From: Vicugna vicugna
Taxonomy: Eukaryota
Assembly: GCA_013265495.1 (NCBI GenBank)
Contig: MU058198.1
Span: 2,616,419 to 2,680,418 of the forward strand
Direction of reading: 5' to 3'
Length of the DNA: 64,000 bases
Made by a program: the position numbers and the translations under genes. Positions 62,855 through 64,000 of this stretch are shown piece after piece; positions within the stretch are counted from its first letter, which is position 1, and each line of letters opens with the position of its first letter. The notes under the pieces are model-generated. The model ran no database searches. It was not told the origin of the DNA and worked only from the letters and a program-made list of their open reading frames with translations.

Positions 62855-63689
62855 GTTTAGAACTTGATTTTGCTGTAGACCCTTCTCTGCAGCTTCCTTG
62901 TATGACATTAGCAAATTACGTTACTTCTTAACATTATTTCCTCATGTCTAGCATGGGGGTAACAATATGTCAATAGGATCGTTGTACACAGGAAGTGCTC
63001 AAGAAATGAGAGCTTTCTTGTTGCTTTGTTGTTAGCGTCATCATTAAAAATACTGTCTTTCGTGAGGAGCAGAAGGCACTCAGGAAGGTCTCCCCACGAC
63101 AAACACTATCTCCCTCCTGGCTTAAAAATAACATCAGAACACTGATTCTATTTAACACTTCTGTCAGTAGGCATGAGTCTTTAACATTTTCAAAACTCTG
63201 TAACATCTGTTGGCAGGTCTTTGGATATACTTCACATCAAATCTGAATTCCGGAAGGATCCATGCTCATTTTTGTAACTTCAAATTGGAGGAAGAACTAA
63301 AGGTTTTCATGGAACTCAGACAGGTCAAGACTCCTTGGATGTTTAGGAGAGTAAGTCATCATCCCCATAAGTAACATTCTGACTTCTCAAGTGTCCATAA
63401 GGTGACCAGACCATCTTTCTGCACTTTGTCTAAATTTCCTTCTCTCTAGGTGGTCATTTGTTGCTGGACATTTAGGAAGACATACATTTTCCTTCTACCC
63501 CTCTTTGCTCTACCAGAGCATCCCCAAGTCCCTGCTCTGGGGACTCCTTCTATGGCAACGTTGTTTTGTCAGTGTCAGAAGCCAACATGTGGTCTCTGAA
63601 AAGCTGGCTCTAATTTGATCAAAGGGCCTCTGGCATTAAGACGTCCAGATTATTTTATTTGATTTTTTTTCAGAGCCAGTAAATCAGTG

Positions 63690-64000
63690 TCTGAAATAGG
63701 TTTTGCAGCCAACTCCTATCTGCATCCCCACTGCCTTGCTGGAGGCCATCACCATCTCACTCCTGGATTATTGGACCTGCCTGCAGACTGGTCTCTATGC
63801 TCTGTTCTTACTGGTCCTCACCGCAGCATCCCCATCCATTTCTCCACACCGCAGCTAGAGTGATCTTGGAAAAATGCAGATCAGATTATTTTAAATCTTT
63901 TTAATGGCTTCCCATAAATCTTAGAATGAAACCCAAACTTACAGTGGTCTACGAGGGCCCCCAGCATCTGGCCCCTGCCCACCTCTCACCTTATCACGGA
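63690..64000 (+). mobile_element. L2 fragment
   Basis: ccatctcactcctggattatt...ctccacaccgcagctagagtgatctt..aaaatgcagatcagat. Confidence 0.8.

Overview
Mammalian genomic DNA, very probably a camelid (alpaca/llama/camel), judged from two tRNA-Ala-derived Vic-1-type SINEs. The first 10.5 kb hold the last five coding exons of OTOA (otoancorin) on the + strand. All five have GT-AG boundaries and compatible phases, and the frame ends in a GPI-anchor-type hydrophobic tail (stop at 10469-10471). The remaining ~53 kb contains no host coding gene I can support and is a repeat-rich intergenic region (MIR, L2, L1, MaLR/ERVL/ERV1 LTRs, hAT and Tigger fossils); by mouse synteny it probably leads toward HS3ST2. 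The best hidden structure, absent from the ORF track, is an ancient, internally deleted class III (ERVL/HERV-S-like, MER74-type LTR) provirus on the minus strand at 31267-34393. It retains both LTRs, a tRNA-Ser(CGA) primer-binding site, protease/RT/RNase H remnants, a polypurine tract and a probable 5-bp TSD. Other points of interest are a ~2.4 kb Charlie/hAT transposase fossil, several TSD-flanked L1 events (a 54-bp insertion, a 5'-inverted copy, a probable 3' transduction), a possible stop-regenerating 3' intron in OTOA, and an unassigned palindrome-rich element carrying TCTCGCGAGA. I found no convincing novel multi-gene system. Repeat family names come from my recall of consensus sequences and their boundaries are approximate.
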